DNA from: a virus
Taxonomy: Duplodnaviria; Caudoviricetes
Strand: one strand, 5' to 3'
Virus record (IMG/VR): IMGVR_UViG_3300006428_000044
Coordinates: 1-32,949 of that record
DNA: 32,949 nt
The translations under genes were made by a program, and so were the position numbers. The notes under the pieces were generated by a model. The model searched no databases. It saw nothing but the letters and a program-made list of their open reading frames with translations, and had not been told where the DNA came from. How positions within the stretch are numbered: position 1 is the stretch's first letter; every line of letters begins with the position of its first letter. Positions 23,773-32,949 of this stretch are shown here, piece after piece.

Positions 23773-24030
23773 ATGGCAAGCACAACTGAGATCAAGGCGC
23801 GGCTGGCGTTCTGGCAATCTGCGCTCGAAAAGCTCCGCACCGCATATCTCGCTCTGGTGAGCGGCGGCGTGAAGAGCTACACCATCGACGACCGGCAACT
23901 CACCCGATTTGACATCCCGGACCTCACGGACGAGATCACGGCGGCCGAGGCAAAGGTCGACGAGCTGACCGCGGCGCTCGCAGGAAAGCGGCCGCGCAAG
24001 GCATTCGGCATTGTGCCAAGAGACTGGTAA
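23773..24030 (+). CDS. gpW-like head-tail joining protein
   Basis: Small gene between terminase and portal; SYTIDDRQLTRFDI. Confidence 0.78.
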   Translation: MASTTEIKARLAFWQSALEKLRTAYLALVSGGVKSYTIDDRQLTRFDIPDLTDEITAAEAKVDELTAALAGKRPRKAFGIVPRDW

Positions 24031-24042
24031 TCATGGGTATAC

Positions 24043-24111
24043 GCCCGAGAGGGCTTTTGCCACGGACTACCCGGCGGAGTTTGTTGCTCCTTTCGCCGCC
24101 GGGCGGTCCGT
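24043..24111 (+). promoter_or_regulatory. Structured portal leader: GAGA-loop hairpin and long hairpin with anti-SD loop
   Basis: GCCC-GAGA-GGGC; ACGGACTaCCCGGCGG / CCGCCGGGcGGTCCGT with loop AGTTTGTTGCTCCTTTCG. Confidence 0.6.
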
Positions 24112-24141
24112 TTATATTTCACAAACAGGAGGCGATGAACG

Positions 24142-25761
24142 TTGAGCAAGAAGAGGTCCAGACGCAGCGACGGCTCACCGCAGGCTAAGGGATACAGTGA
24201 AGCCGGAGCGAGTATCACCAGACGGGCGCTCAAGGGGTTTATCCCCAGCAGCGGATCGCCGAATGAAGATATCAATCGCAATAACAGCACACTTCGGCAG
24301 CGATCCCGAATGCTGTATATGGCTTCGCCCGTGGCAACGAGCGCGATCAACACCAACCGTACTAAAGTCGTAGGTACCGGCCTAACGTTAAAAAGCAGCA
24401 TTGACCGAGACGTTCTCGGCGTGTCCCCGGAAGCGGCTAAGGCGTGGCAGAAAACAACCGAAGCGGAGTTCAGATTATGGGCCGGGAAAAAACAAAACTG
24501 CGATGCGCTGGCCGTTAACAACTTTTTCGGAATGCAGCAGCTCGCCATAAAATCCTGGCTTATGAGTGGGGACGTGTTCGCAGTCGTAAAACGATACGAA
24601 CCGACACCGCTCAATCCGTATTCTCTTCGCATCCATATGGTAGAAGCTGACCGCATCAGCACACCGGCGGATTATGTCGGCGGAGCTGCTGTTTCCGGAT
24701 TGACAGAAGGAACCGTCCCGGACGGAGAGCCGGGGGCCGGGCACAAAATTCACGACGGCGTGGAAGTCGATGTTAACGGCCGTATTGTTGCCTACTATGT
24801 GCGCAACACTTACCCGTATCAGTACACGTCGGAGCAGACAAAATGGGAACGGGTCGAGGCATATGGAACGCTGACCGGGATTCCGAATATCCTTCAGGTC
24901 ATGGACAGCGAGCGTCCGGATCAGTACCGCGGCGTTCCGTATCTTGCCCAGGTCATAGAGCCACTGCTGCAGCTGCGCCGATATACGGAAAGCGAGCTGA
25001 TGGCAGCACTTATCCAGAGCTTTTTCACGGCATGGATCGAGACAAAGACAGACCCCACGGAGATCCCAACGAACGAAGTTGGCGCTGGAGATATTGGAGG
25101 CGTCCCAATCGAGGACCCGGAGGACGATAACCGTTCTTTGAGCGCCAACGAATACGAAATGGGGCCAGGTACGGTTACGCACTTGGAAGACGGCGAAACG
25201 ATTAAATTCGGAAACCCAAATATTCCGACAGCCGGATTTGATACCTTCGTCAAGCGAATCTGTCAGCTTGTGGGCTCGGCCCTGGAGCTGCCCTATGATG
25301 TTCTGATCAAAGAGTTCAATTCCAGCTACTCCGCCTCCCGCGGTGCGCTGCTTGAGGCATGGGAAGCATTCAAGATGCGGCGTGTCTGGTTTGTTGATGA
25401 TTTCTGCCAGCCAGTCTATGAACTGTTTCTTTCTGAGGCTGTGGCACGCGGACGGATCAAAGCTCCCGGTTTCTTCGATGATCCGCGCCTGCGCGAGGCG
25501 TGGTGCTGCGCTCGCTGGATTGGTCCGGTGCAGGGGCAGCTTGACCCAAAGAAAGAGGTCGAAGCTGCCATTCTGATGGCAGATCGCGGCATTAAAACTT
25601 ATGAGCAGATTACCCGTGAGTTAGGCGGCGGAGACTGGGAGGACAACATCGAGCAGTCAAAGCTCGAAAATGAAAAGATCAAGGAGGCTGGAGGCGGCGC
25701 ATTCTCCGCCTCAAACGGCGATCCGTCCGACGATGATGAAGGAGGAGGTAAAAAAGAATGA
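24142..25761 (+). CDS. Portal protein, lambda family
   Basis: LRQRSR, VVGTG, HDGVEVD..GR, RPDQYRGVP, SYSASR, DPKKE; TTG start after AGGAGG. Confidence 0.95.
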   Translation: MSKKRSRRSDGSPQAKGYSEAGASITRRALKGFIPSSGSPNEDINRNNSTLRQRSRMLYMASPVATSAINTNRTKVVGTGLTLKSSIDRDVLGVSPEAAKAWQKTTEAEFRLWAGKKQNCDALAVNNFFGMQQLAIKSWLMSGDVFAVVKRYEPTPLNPYSLRIHMVEADRISTPADYVGGAAVSGLTEGTVPDGEPGAGHKIHDGVEVDVNGRIVAYYVRNTYPYQYTSEQTKWERVEAYGTLTGIPNILQVMDSERPDQYRGVPYLAQVIEPLLQLRRYTESELMAALIQSFFTAWIETKTDPTEIPTNEVGAGDIGGVPIEDPEDDNRSLSANEYEMGPGTVTHLEDGETIKFGNPNIPTAGFDTFVKRICQLVGSALELPYDVLIKEFNSSYSASRGALLEAWEAFKMRRVWFVDDFCQPVYELFLSEAVARGRIKAPGFFDDPRLREAWCCARWIGPVQGQLDPKKEVEAAILMADRGIKTYEQITRELGGGDWEDNIEQSKLENEKIKEAGGGAFSASNGDPSDDDEGGGKKE

Positions 25762-27026
25762 GCATTCCGATGAAAAGGGCGTTCGGCAAGAAGCCGGCCG
25801 CCGTAAATATCAAACGAGACTTTTACACGATGGCCTCCGTAGATGGAGACAGCGCTGAGATCACTATGTATGGCGACATCGTCGAAGAGCAGCCGCGGGA
25901 CTGGTGGACTGATGAGCCCGTTGAGGGGCAGTACATCATCGAGAGCGAATTTCTCGAAGACCTGAATGCCGTCGCTGGGTGCAAGAAGCTGACGATCCGC
26001 ATGGACAGTCTCGGCGGAGACGCCGGTGTGTCTATCCTGATCCATAACCGGCTCCGTGAGCTGGCGGCGAATGGTACGGAGCTTATCTGTATCGTGGACG
26101 GCGTGGCCATGTCCGGCGGCTCTCTCATCATGTGCGCTTGTGACACGGTGCGCGTCAACCCGTCCAGCTTGGTCATGATCCACAAATGCTGGTGTATCGC
26201 CTGGGGCGGATACAACGCCGACGAACTACGGCAAATGGCAAATTCAAACGACGCCTGGGACAAATCCCAGGTTGCAATCTATAAGCGAAAGTGCGGCCTC
26301 TCGGAGACCGTTATTGCCCACATGATGGCAGAGACAACCTACATGACCGGAAAGGAAGCCGTTGAGAAAGGCTTCGCCGACGAGCTCATAGAGGATGCTG
26401 AGCCTCTGAATATCGCAGCCAGTGCAGACGGGCGAAGCTTGTTTGTTCGTGGGCGCGAGATGCACCTGACGCCCGGCATGTTTGTGCCGGACAACATTCC
26501 TACGGTCGAATCCGGGGCCGCAGCTCCGGTTAAGACAAATATAAATCAGCCGGCTCAGACCGGCGGTCATGAAGGAGGAAACACCATGGCAAAAACCCTT
26601 GAAGAGCTGCGGGCTGAAAACCCGGAGCTTGCTACCCAGCTGATGGCCGAGGCTCAGGCCGCCGCGTCCGCAGAGGCCACCAGTACCAACACTGCCGCGG
26701 TTGAGGCAGAGCGCCAGCGCATCGCCGATATCGACGCGATCGCCGGACTGTTCGACGATGAGGCCGTACATGAGGCAAAGTACGGCGAACATCCCTGCAC
26801 CGCCCAGGAGATGACTTACCGCGCGGCTCAGAAAGCCGCAAAGCAGGGATCTCAGTTCCTGAAGGACATGGCGGCAGACAATCAGGCTTCCGGCGCGCAG
26901 AAAGTTCCGGCCGCGCCTGGCGCAGAAACCGAGGTCGATGACAAGGATATGACCCCGAACCAGCGTATGACGAACGCACGGGCTGAGGTCGCTGACCTGC
27001 TCGGCAAGAAGAAGGAGGGCAAATAA
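25758..27026 (+). CDS. ClpP-type head maturation protease with C-terminal scaffold region
   Basis: MYGDI, SLGGD, GVAMSGGS, MIH, ETTYMT..EAVEKGFAD. Confidence 0.9.
   Translation: MSIPMKRAFGKKPAAVNIKRDFYTMASVDGDSAEITMYGDIVEEQPRDWWTDEPVEGQYIIESEFLEDLNAVAGCKKLTIRMDSLGGDAGVSILIHNRLRELAANGTELICIVDGVAMSGGSLIMCACDTVRVNPSSLVMIHKCWCIAWGGYNADELRQMANSNDAWDKSQVAIYKRKCGLSETVIAHMMAETTYMTGKEAVEKGFADELIEDAEPLNIAASADGRSLFVRGREMHLTPGMFVPDNIPTVESGAAAPVKTNINQPAQTGGHEGGNTMAKTLEELRAENPELATQLMAEAQAAASAEATSTNTAAVEAERQRIADIDAIAGLFDDEAVHEAKYGEHPCTAQEMTYRAAQKAAKQGSQFLKDMAADNQASGAQKVPAAPGAETEVDDKDMTPNQRMTNARAEVADLLGKKKEGK
26586..27026 (+). CDS. Nested in-frame scaffold protein (Nu3-like), 146 aa
   Basis: GAAGGAGG at 26571-26578 before an in-frame ATG; Ala-rich helical MAKTLEELRAENPEL. 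Confidence 0.65.
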   Translation: MAKTLEELRAENPELATQLMAEAQAAASAEATSTNTAAVEAERQRIADIDAIAGLFDDEAVHEAKYGEHPCTAQEMTYRAAQKAAKQGSQFLKDMAADNQASGAQKVPAAPGAETEVDDKDMTPNQRMTNARAEVADLLGKKKEGK

Positions 27027-27619
27027 TGTCTACCAATCTCTATCGGAAGGTCGGCGAGATGGACTATGACGGTCTGCTCGCCGATATCACTCCCCCTGTT
27101 CAGGTGAGGGGCGGCACAATTGATCGGCTTGAAACCGCCGCGATTCTTGCGCGCGGCACGGTAATGGCAAAGGGAGCAACTACTGGGAAGCTTTTCGTGC
27201 TCGGCACTGCTGAAACTTACCAGAAATCTCAGAAATTTTCCGGGGATGGAACAACAGATGACTTCACCGTAACGGATAAGCCTGCGACGTTTACCAAGGT
27301 TACCATTGGCGGCACTGCTACCACGGCGTATACCTATGTTGCGTCCACCGGTGTTATCACGTTCACTTCCGCGCCCGCATCCGGCACTAACAACGTCGAA
27401 GCATTCTATAACATGACCGACACCGGCACGGCGGATTGTATTCTCTGCGACAACACAGAAGTTGGCACGACCGCTGATGTAAATGCCGCCGTATACACTG
27501 CCGGTTGCTTTGACCCCAATAAGGTGACGGTGGCAGAAAGCTATACTTTGACCGAAGCGGACATGAAGCAGCTGCGTGAATACGACATCGTCTTCAAGGC
27601 TGCCTCCGCTGCAAACTGA
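27026..27619 (+). CDS. Head decoration protein (gpD position) with inserted beta-rich domain
   Basis: Between protease and capsid; RGTV, CILCD, YTAGCF motifs. Confidence 0.78.
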   Translation: MSTNLYRKVGEMDYDGLLADITPPVQVRGGTIDRLETAAILARGTVMAKGATTGKLFVLGTAETYQKSQKFSGDGTTDDFTVTDKPATFTKVTIGGTATTAYTYVASTGVITFTSAPASGTNNVEAFYNMTDTGTADCILCDNTEVGTTADVNAAVYTAGCFDPNKVTVAESYTLTEADMKQLREYDIVFKAASAAN

Positions 27620-27636
27620 TTGGAGGGTGTTAAATA

Positions 27637-28713
27637 ATGGCAACTACCATTGATTTTTTTGATACCTATGTGCTGCTGGCGATTACCGAGGAAATCGTCC
27701 CCCAGCCGTCCTTCTTCAAGGACAGGTATTTCCCCACCGGCGCAAATGACATTTTCGCCGCCGACAAGGTCCTCACCGAATACCGCAAGGGCGACCGCAA
27801 GATGGCCGCTTTCGTTTCTCCCCGCGCCGGCGATATCCCCATGGACCGCATCGGATATGCGATTCACGAGTATCAGCCCGCATTTATTGCGCCGTCCCGT
27901 TCTCTGACTCTGGACGACCTGCAGAAGCGCGGCTTCGGCGAAGCTCTGTATCCGGGCATGACCGCCGCCCAGCGCGCCGCTCAGCTCCAGCTTCGGGACA
28001 TGGCAGACATGGATCTGCGCATTCGCCGCCGCGAGGAGTGGATGGCTGTGCAGACCATGATCAACAACGCCTGCACCATGCAGGAGTACATCGACGCAAA
28101 CACCCAGGGCGATACGCTGTATGTCCAGTTCTATGACAGTGCCAGCGAGCACACCTACACCGTGGCGCATGTCTGGAACGGAACCGACGGGGATTTCTTT
28201 GGTGACGTCAAGGCTATGTGCCGGCTGCTCTCCCGCAGAGGTCTGCGTGCCGCTGACCTTGTGCTTGGTACCGATGCGGCTGATGCGGTTCTCGACCTTG
28301 AAAAGGTCCAGAAACTCCTGGACAAGAACAGCGGTATCATCATCGGCCAGATCGAGCAGGCGCTCAGCCCCTACGACGGCGTGGTCTATATGGGTACGCT
28401 GAACTTCGGCGGCTTCAAGCTGAACCTGATCAGCTGTGACGAAACCTACATGGGTGACAACGACAGCGAACAGAAATATTTCCCTGCTACTTCTGCGATG
28501 GTCACGGCCCCCGGCTGTGGTCACATGATGTATGGCCAGATCAGTCAGATTGACTATGGCAGCGAAAACTTTACCACACACGCTGCGGCTCGTGTCCCTA
28601 AGTTCATCCTGGATCAGCCGCATGACATCCGTAAGCTGCGCCTCGGTACCCGTCCGCTGGCCGCGCCGAACAACTATTGCCCGTACATCTACGCCGCCAA
28701 CGTGGTGTCCTGA
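27637..28713 (+). CDS. Major capsid protein, lambda gpE family
   Basis: FFKDRYF, MAAFVSP, IRRREEWMA; 358 aa; position. Confidence 0.92.
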   Translation: MATTIDFFDTYVLLAITEEIVPQPSFFKDRYFPTGANDIFAADKVLTEYRKGDRKMAAFVSPRAGDIPMDRIGYAIHEYQPAFIAPSRSLTLDDLQKRGFGEALYPGMTAAQRAAQLQLRDMADMDLRIRRREEWMAVQTMINNACTMQEYIDANTQGDTLYVQFYDSASEHTYTVAHVWNGTDGDFFGDVKAMCRLLSRRGLRAADLVLGTDAADAVLDLEKVQKLLDKNSGIIIGQIEQALSPYDGVVYMGTLNFGGFKLNLISCDETYMGDNDSEQKYFPATSAMVTAPGCGHMMYGQISQIDYGSENFTTHAAARVPKFILDQPHDIRKLRLGTRPLAAPNNYCPYIYAANVVS

Positions 28714-28736
28714 TGCCATACGGAAAGGAGTAGGAC

Positions 28737-29234
28737 ATGAGAAAAGTACAAATCACGAGTGGAGCTTACGGTTACAGACCGGAAGGTTCCCTGCACGTTC
28801 AGCCGACTACTAGCAGAGACGGGCCTATCAACCTGGCCGACGAGGAGGCCGAAAGGCTTGTCAAGCTTGGCGTTGCCAAGTACACCGCCGACAGTTCACA
28901 GGAAGCCCCTGCCACGCCCGTTGCAACGCCAGAAGGAGGCGGGAGCGACGGAAGGACGACCGAGAACCCGCCCAATGGCGAGGGCGACTCTCAGGAGCCC
29001 GAGACGCCCGAAAAGCACCTTGATTCCAAAGACCTCATAAAAAAGATGACCCGCCCGGAAATGGAAAAGCTGGCGGCGGACATGGGCGTTAACGTCAGCG
29101 GGGCGAAGAACAAGACGGAGATCGCGCAGCTGCTGGCGGCGGTGCCGGTAAGCGTTGACGAGGATGTGGACGGGGATGACGATGGCGATGGCGAAGATCC
29201 GCCTGATCTTTCTCCGGAAGTGCCTGAGACATGA
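28737..29234 (+). CDS. gpFI-position protein with HeH/Rho-N-like helical motif
   Basis: EAERLVKLGVA; MTRPEMEKLAADMGV..NKTEIAQLL; acidic tail. Confidence 0.65.
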   Translation: MRKVQITSGAYGYRPEGSLHVQPTTSRDGPINLADEEAERLVKLGVAKYTADSSQEAPATPVATPEGGGSDGRTTENPPNGEGDSQEPETPEKHLDSKDLIKKMTRPEMEKLAADMGVNVSGAKNKTEIAQLLAAVPVSVDEDVDGDDDGDGEDPPDLSPEVPET

Positions 29235-29605
29235 GCGGGTTCAGGGATATGGTGGCGGCCGACAGCAAAAACGTATTCATGAACGCGGACGAGTTTGCCG
29301 ACACCCGCACCATTATTTATGATGGGGTGACATATCAGGATATTCCCATTGTGCTTTCCGGCCTTAAGGAGCAGGACAGAAATCAGCTCGTTACTACTTC
29401 CGATCACGCGCAGGGGCTTTACCTTGTATCCTCCGTTCTTCACTGCGCGGTGGCGGACCTGGGCTGGGTCACTCCGGAGAAGGGCCAGCGTATCAAAATC
29501 AACGACGAGGAGGGCGGCGGCGGATTCTTTCGGGAATTCTACGTCGCCTCCTCTGTCTGCGAGATCGGCATGTTGCGCGTTGAACTGGAGGCGATTGATG
29601 AATGA
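29231..29605 (+). CDS. Head-tail joining protein
   Basis: F.DMVAAD...VFMN.DEFA start; position. Confidence 0.7.
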   Translation: MSGFRDMVAADSKNVFMNADEFADTRTIIYDGVTYQDIPIVLSGLKEQDRNQLVTTSDHAQGLYLVSSVLHCAVADLGWVTPEKGQRIKINDEEGGGGFFREFYVASSVCEIGMLRVELEAIDE

Positions 29606-30177
29606 GCACCGTATACTTCGACGAGGTCGGCGAGTACCATCTTGACCGCGTGACAAAGCTGTTGGCCGGCATCCCGGGCGGCGTTTACAAGGCAGTCGGC
29701 AGCGCGATCAAAAGGTCGGCGCAGCACGGGCTGACGGTCGGCATGAAGATCGTTTCGGAAGAATACGCCATCGGGCAAGGAGAACTCAAGAACCGCACGA
29801 AGCATATTAACACCGTTGCCAAAGACAGCGCCGGCTCCTACGAAGTAACCTTCGGATACCGTGGCAATGTGATCCCGCTGATTCACTTCGATACTAAGAT
29901 TGATACCAGCGGCCGCATTGCCACGCGCGTTCTTCGTAGCAGTGCGCGACAACTTCTCGACCATGCGTTTACCGCCCATGTTGGAGCGCATACCGGCGTG
30001 TTTGAACGTGAAACGAAGGAACGAACGCCGATCAAGGAGCTATTCGGACCGTCGGCTGTGCAGGCGTTCTACGCGCATGAGGAAACGGTGGACAAGATGG
30101 ACAAAGAGATCGGCAAAACCTATGAAGCGCGCATTGAGCATGAGATCACGCGCGTCCTTAATGGATGGGGAGGGTAA
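29602..30177 (+). CDS. Minor tail protein (gpZ-like)
   Basis: H.GVFER...R.PIKELFGPS motif. Confidence 0.75.
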   Translation: MSTVYFDEVGEYHLDRVTKLLAGIPGGVYKAVGSAIKRSAQHGLTVGMKIVSEEYAIGQGELKNRTKHINTVAKDSAGSYEVTFGYRGNVIPLIHFDTKIDTSGRIATRVLRSSARQLLDHAFTAHVGAHTGVFERETKERTPIKELFGPSAVQAFYAHEETVDKMDKEIGKTYEARIEHEITRVLNGWGG

Positions 30178-30180
30178 ACG

Positions 30181-30678
30181 ATGACCAAAAACGCATTGCT
30201 CGACGCACTGGCAGCCGTCACCGAAGAAGTGACCTGCGACCTGATCATGCCGATCTGCATGCAGAAAGGCGATTCGGAGCAGCAGTACAGAGCCGCCGAG
30301 GTGTATAAGATGCGTCTCCCGGACAGCAAGGCGGCCAAAAAAAAGGCCCCGTATATCCTTCACCAGATCATCACAACCAAAGACGAGCAGCCACAGGGCG
30401 AAAGTGTGGCCGCGACAGCGACCGTCCGCTCCATCTTCTGCGTCTATAACAACGATGAACAGGAGGGCGGCCTGATGCTGCTCAATCTCATGGAGCGGCT
30501 GCGCATCAGCCTGCTTCGGCGGGTCGTGATCGACAGGCGTTTTCAGCTTGACCTTCAGGCCGGGCTTGAATCGCTTATCTATCCGGACGACACCGCGCCA
30601 TACTATGCTGGGGAAATGTCCTCCGTTTGGAGGCTTCCGGCAGTTGAAAGAGAGGTGCCATCACTCAATGGCGACTAA
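30181..30678 (+). CDS. Putative tail completion/terminator protein
   Basis: Position before the sheath; APYI, LLNLMER, PYYAG. Confidence 0.65.
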   Translation: MTKNALLDALAAVTEEVTCDLIMPICMQKGDSEQQYRAAEVYKMRLPDSKAAKKKAPYILHQIITTKDEQPQGESVAATATVRSIFCVYNNDEQEGGLMLLNLMERLRISLLRRVVIDRRFQLDLQAGLESLIYPDDTAPYYAGEMSSVWRLPAVEREVPSLNGD

Positions 30679-31024
30679 GAAAGAAACCGAGCCTGCGGTC
30701 GTTGAGGCCGCAGAGGAAGAAACCGTTGTGGAAACCAGAAAGGCAGCTCATCCAAAGGCCGCGAAAGCGACTGTGGAGAGCTGCCGTTTTAGCGTCTACC
30801 TCGGTCCTTCCATTCGAGGGGTGATTCAGCGCGGTACCATTCTCAACGGTACAAAGGAAGAGGCTCTTGCTTCTATCTCTTACGCCGTTGAGAAGTTCCC
30901 GCTGATCGCCTCCCTCGTGGTACCCGACGAAACCATCGCCGAAGACCGCGTGAAGGTCAAAACGCCCGGCAACCTCCTGTACATCAATTACAGGAAGCTG
31001 GCCTCCGGGCAGAAATCAAAATAA
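30668..31024 (+). CDS. Hypothetical virion-module protein
   Basis: GAGGTG RBS before ATG 30668; VYLGPSI motif. Confidence 0.7.
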   Translation: MATKKETEPAVVEAAEEETVVETRKAAHPKAAKATVESCRFSVYLGPSIRGVIQRGTILNGTKEEALASISYAVEKFPLIASLVVPDETIAEDRVKVKTPGNLLYINYRKLASGQKSK

Positions 31025-31037
31025 GGAGGAAATCTAA

Positions 31038-32465
31038 ATGGCTAATCATGGCGTTTATGTGTCCGAGCAGGCAACGAGCGTCAGCACCCCTGTGGTTGCC
31101 GATTCCGGCATTCCGTTTGTCATCGGTACCGCGCCCGTGCAGAGCGCCGAATCTCCCGCCTCCGCCGGCACTCCCGTACTTTGTACGAGCTGGGATGAGG
31201 CAGTGGAAAAGCTCGGATACTCCGACAACTGGGGGAGCTACCAACTCTGCGAATTTATGTATTCCCACTTCAAGCTGTATGGCTGCCAGCCGGTTATCTT
31301 CTGCAACATGCTCGACGCTTCCACAATGAAATCCAGCGTTGCGGCTGCGGATGTGACCGTTGCCGACCACAAGACCAAGCTGCCGATCGAGGCGATCAAC
31401 GACAGCAATCTTGTCGTTAAGGCATCCGGCGGCACTGGCTCCGCGTATGTAAAGGGTACCGACTACGATACCTACTACTCCGGCGAGTACCTGATGATCG
31501 AAGTCCTGTCCGGAGGCAGTGCGTACAGTGCGTCCGCGCTGAACGTGGCCTACAACAAGGTTACCCCCGCATCCGTTACCGCTGCTATTGTGGCCTCCGG
31601 CATGGAGAACATTGAAAAATGCCTGACCACGCTGAACACAATCCCCGATCTGATCTGTGCGCCCGGCTTTTCCGACGCCACAACGGTCGCCGCCGTTATG
31701 GCGACCAAGGCGGGCGGCATCAACGGTATGTTCAAGGCCAAGGCGGTCATCGACATCAGTTCTTCCGACAGCGGCGGCGCTACGTCCTATACCGCGGCGA
31801 TGACGATGAAATCCAGCAACAACTTCACCGATCCTGATGAAATCGTGTGCTGGCCGATGCTGAAGCTCGGGAACTACAAGTTCCATATGAGCACACAGCT
31901 CGCCGGGCTGATGGCGCAGGTCGATACCGACAACAGCGGCTGCCCTTACGAGAGCCCATCCAACAAGAACTTCCAGTGCGATTCTATGGTGCTGGCGGAC
32001 GGTACGGAGCTTGACCTGACCAAGAGCCAGGGCGATACCCTCAACGCGGCCGGTATCGTTACCGCGCTGAACTTCCTTGGCGGCTGGGTATGCTGGGGCA
32101 ACTACACCGCGTGCTACCCGTCCAACACCGACGTTAAGGACTATTTCATTTCGGATTCCAGGATGTTCGACTGGGCGGGAAACACGGTCATCAAAACATT
32201 CTGGAGCAAGCTCGACAAACCGATGAATCGTCGCCTCATCGACACGATCCTGGACACCTGCAACATTTGGCTGAACGGTCTGGTTGGCGCGGGGTACCTG
32301 CTTGGCGCTCGCGCCGAGTTCAAGGATGGAGAAAATGCGCAAACAGACCTTATGGCAGGCATTGTCAAGATCCACATCTACATGACTCCGCCCAGCCCGG
32401 CGCAGGAGATCGACTTCGTACTCGAGTACGATGCCGACTATGTGACCTCGGCTCTGCAGAGCTAA
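31038..32465 (+). CDS. Contractile tail sheath protein
   Basis: HGVYVSE, VIGTAP, ICAPGFS, ESPSNK, LNAAGIVT, WGNYT, PPSPAQEIDF. Confidence 0.93.
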   Translation: MANHGVYVSEQATSVSTPVVADSGIPFVIGTAPVQSAESPASAGTPVLCTSWDEAVEKLGYSDNWGSYQLCEFMYSHFKLYGCQPVIFCNMLDASTMKSSVAAADVTVADHKTKLPIEAINDSNLVVKASGGTGSAYVKGTDYDTYYSGEYLMIEVLSGGSAYSASALNVAYNKVTPASVTAAIVASGMENIEKCLTTLNTIPDLICAPGFSDATTVAAVMATKAGGINGMFKAKAVIDISSSDSGGATSYTAAMTMKSSNNFTDPDEIVCWPMLKLGNYKFHMSTQLAGLMAQVDTDNSGCPYESPSNKNFQCDSMVLADGTELDLTKSQGDTLNAAGIVTALNFLGGWVCWGNYTACYPSNTDVKDYFISDSRMFDWAGNTVIKTFWSKLDKPMNRRLIDTILDTCNIWLNGLVGAGYLLGARAEFKDGENAQTDLMAGIVKIHIYMTPPSPAQEIDFVLEYDADYVTSALQS

Positions 32466-32481
32466 GAAGGAGGAATAACAG

Positions 32482-32949
32482 ATGTCGAAATTCGACGAGA
32501 GCGTGATCAACTTCGCTGTCTACGAGGACAGCGTTGAGTATGTCGGTATGGCGAAGGCGACGCTGCCCGATCTGACCGCTCTGACTCAGACCATCCAGGG
32601 CGCGGGAATCGCCGGCAACGTGGAGGCCGTTATTCTCGGCCACTACGACGCCATGTCCCTTACGCTCAACTTCCGCACCACCACGACCCAGAGCATCAAG
32701 CTCTCTGAGCCGCGCCGGCACAATATCGACTTGCGCGTGGCGCAGCAGGTCGAAGATACCGTAGCTGGCGCCGTGGCTGTCCAGAAGGTCAAGCACATTC
32801 TGGTGGTCATTCCCAAGAAAGACGCCGGGGGCTCTCTTGCCCCCGCAACGACCGGTGATGGCTCCGGCGAGTATGCTGTCCGTTACTGGGCCACCTACAT
32901 CGACGGCGTGAAGTACCGCGAGATCGACCCGCTGAACTACATTGCCTAC
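32482..32949 (+). CDS. Major tail tube protein (P2 FII-like), truncated by the window end
   Basis: AAGGAGG RBS; INFAVY..YVG....LPD....GAGIAG...IDG...EIDPLNY; open frame to the end. Confidence 0.88.
   Translation, partial: MSKFDESVINFAVYEDSVEYVGMAKATLPDLTALTQTIQGAGIAGNVEAVILGHYDAMSLTLNFRTTTTQSIKLSEPRRHNIDLRVAQQVEDTVAGAVAVQKVKHILVVIPKKDAGGSLAPATTGDGSGEYAVRYWATYIDGVKYREIDPLNYIAY

Larger units (their letters stand above)
1..32949. mobile_element. Temperate prophage, lambda-like head with contractile tail; continues past the right edge, att site not visible
   Basis: Canonical module order: integrase, repressor/cro, early genes, replication, terminase, portal, protease, capsid, neck, sheath, tube. 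Confidence 0.96.

Overview
The window is the left ~33 kb of a temperate phage (prophage). Protein style, Shine-Dalgarno usage and sigma-A-type promoters suggest a Clostridia-like host (inference). Order: tyrosine integrase, lipoprotein, CI-like Xre repressor / Cro switch with palindromic operators, excisionase, a long early operon of small proteins (many Cys-rich), a replication module (SSB-like protein, CHC2-TOPRIM-DUF927 primase/helicase, iteron origin), HD hydrolase, VRR-NUC, late regulator and ParB-DNA methyltransferase. These are followed by a lambda-like cos region, lambda-type head genes (terminase, gpW, portal, ClpP-type protease, decoration, gpE capsid) and the start of a contractile tail (sheath, truncated tube). 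The best unannotated signals are five. (1) A 55-aa ORF missing from the ORF track has its own promoter, overlaps the repressor's 3' end convergently and mimics the repressor's C-terminal helices (SinI-like anti-repressor candidate). (2) A ~55-nt antisense sRNA unit with a near-consensus promoter and terminator sits inside the early operon. (3) A SNF2 helicase is split between its Q motif and Walker A by two intervening genes. (4) Two late-operon hairpins display the same anti-Shine-Dalgarno loop. (5) There is a nested scaffold start in the protease gene and an extra domain inserted in the decoration protein. All family assignments come from motif recognition by eye, not database searches.
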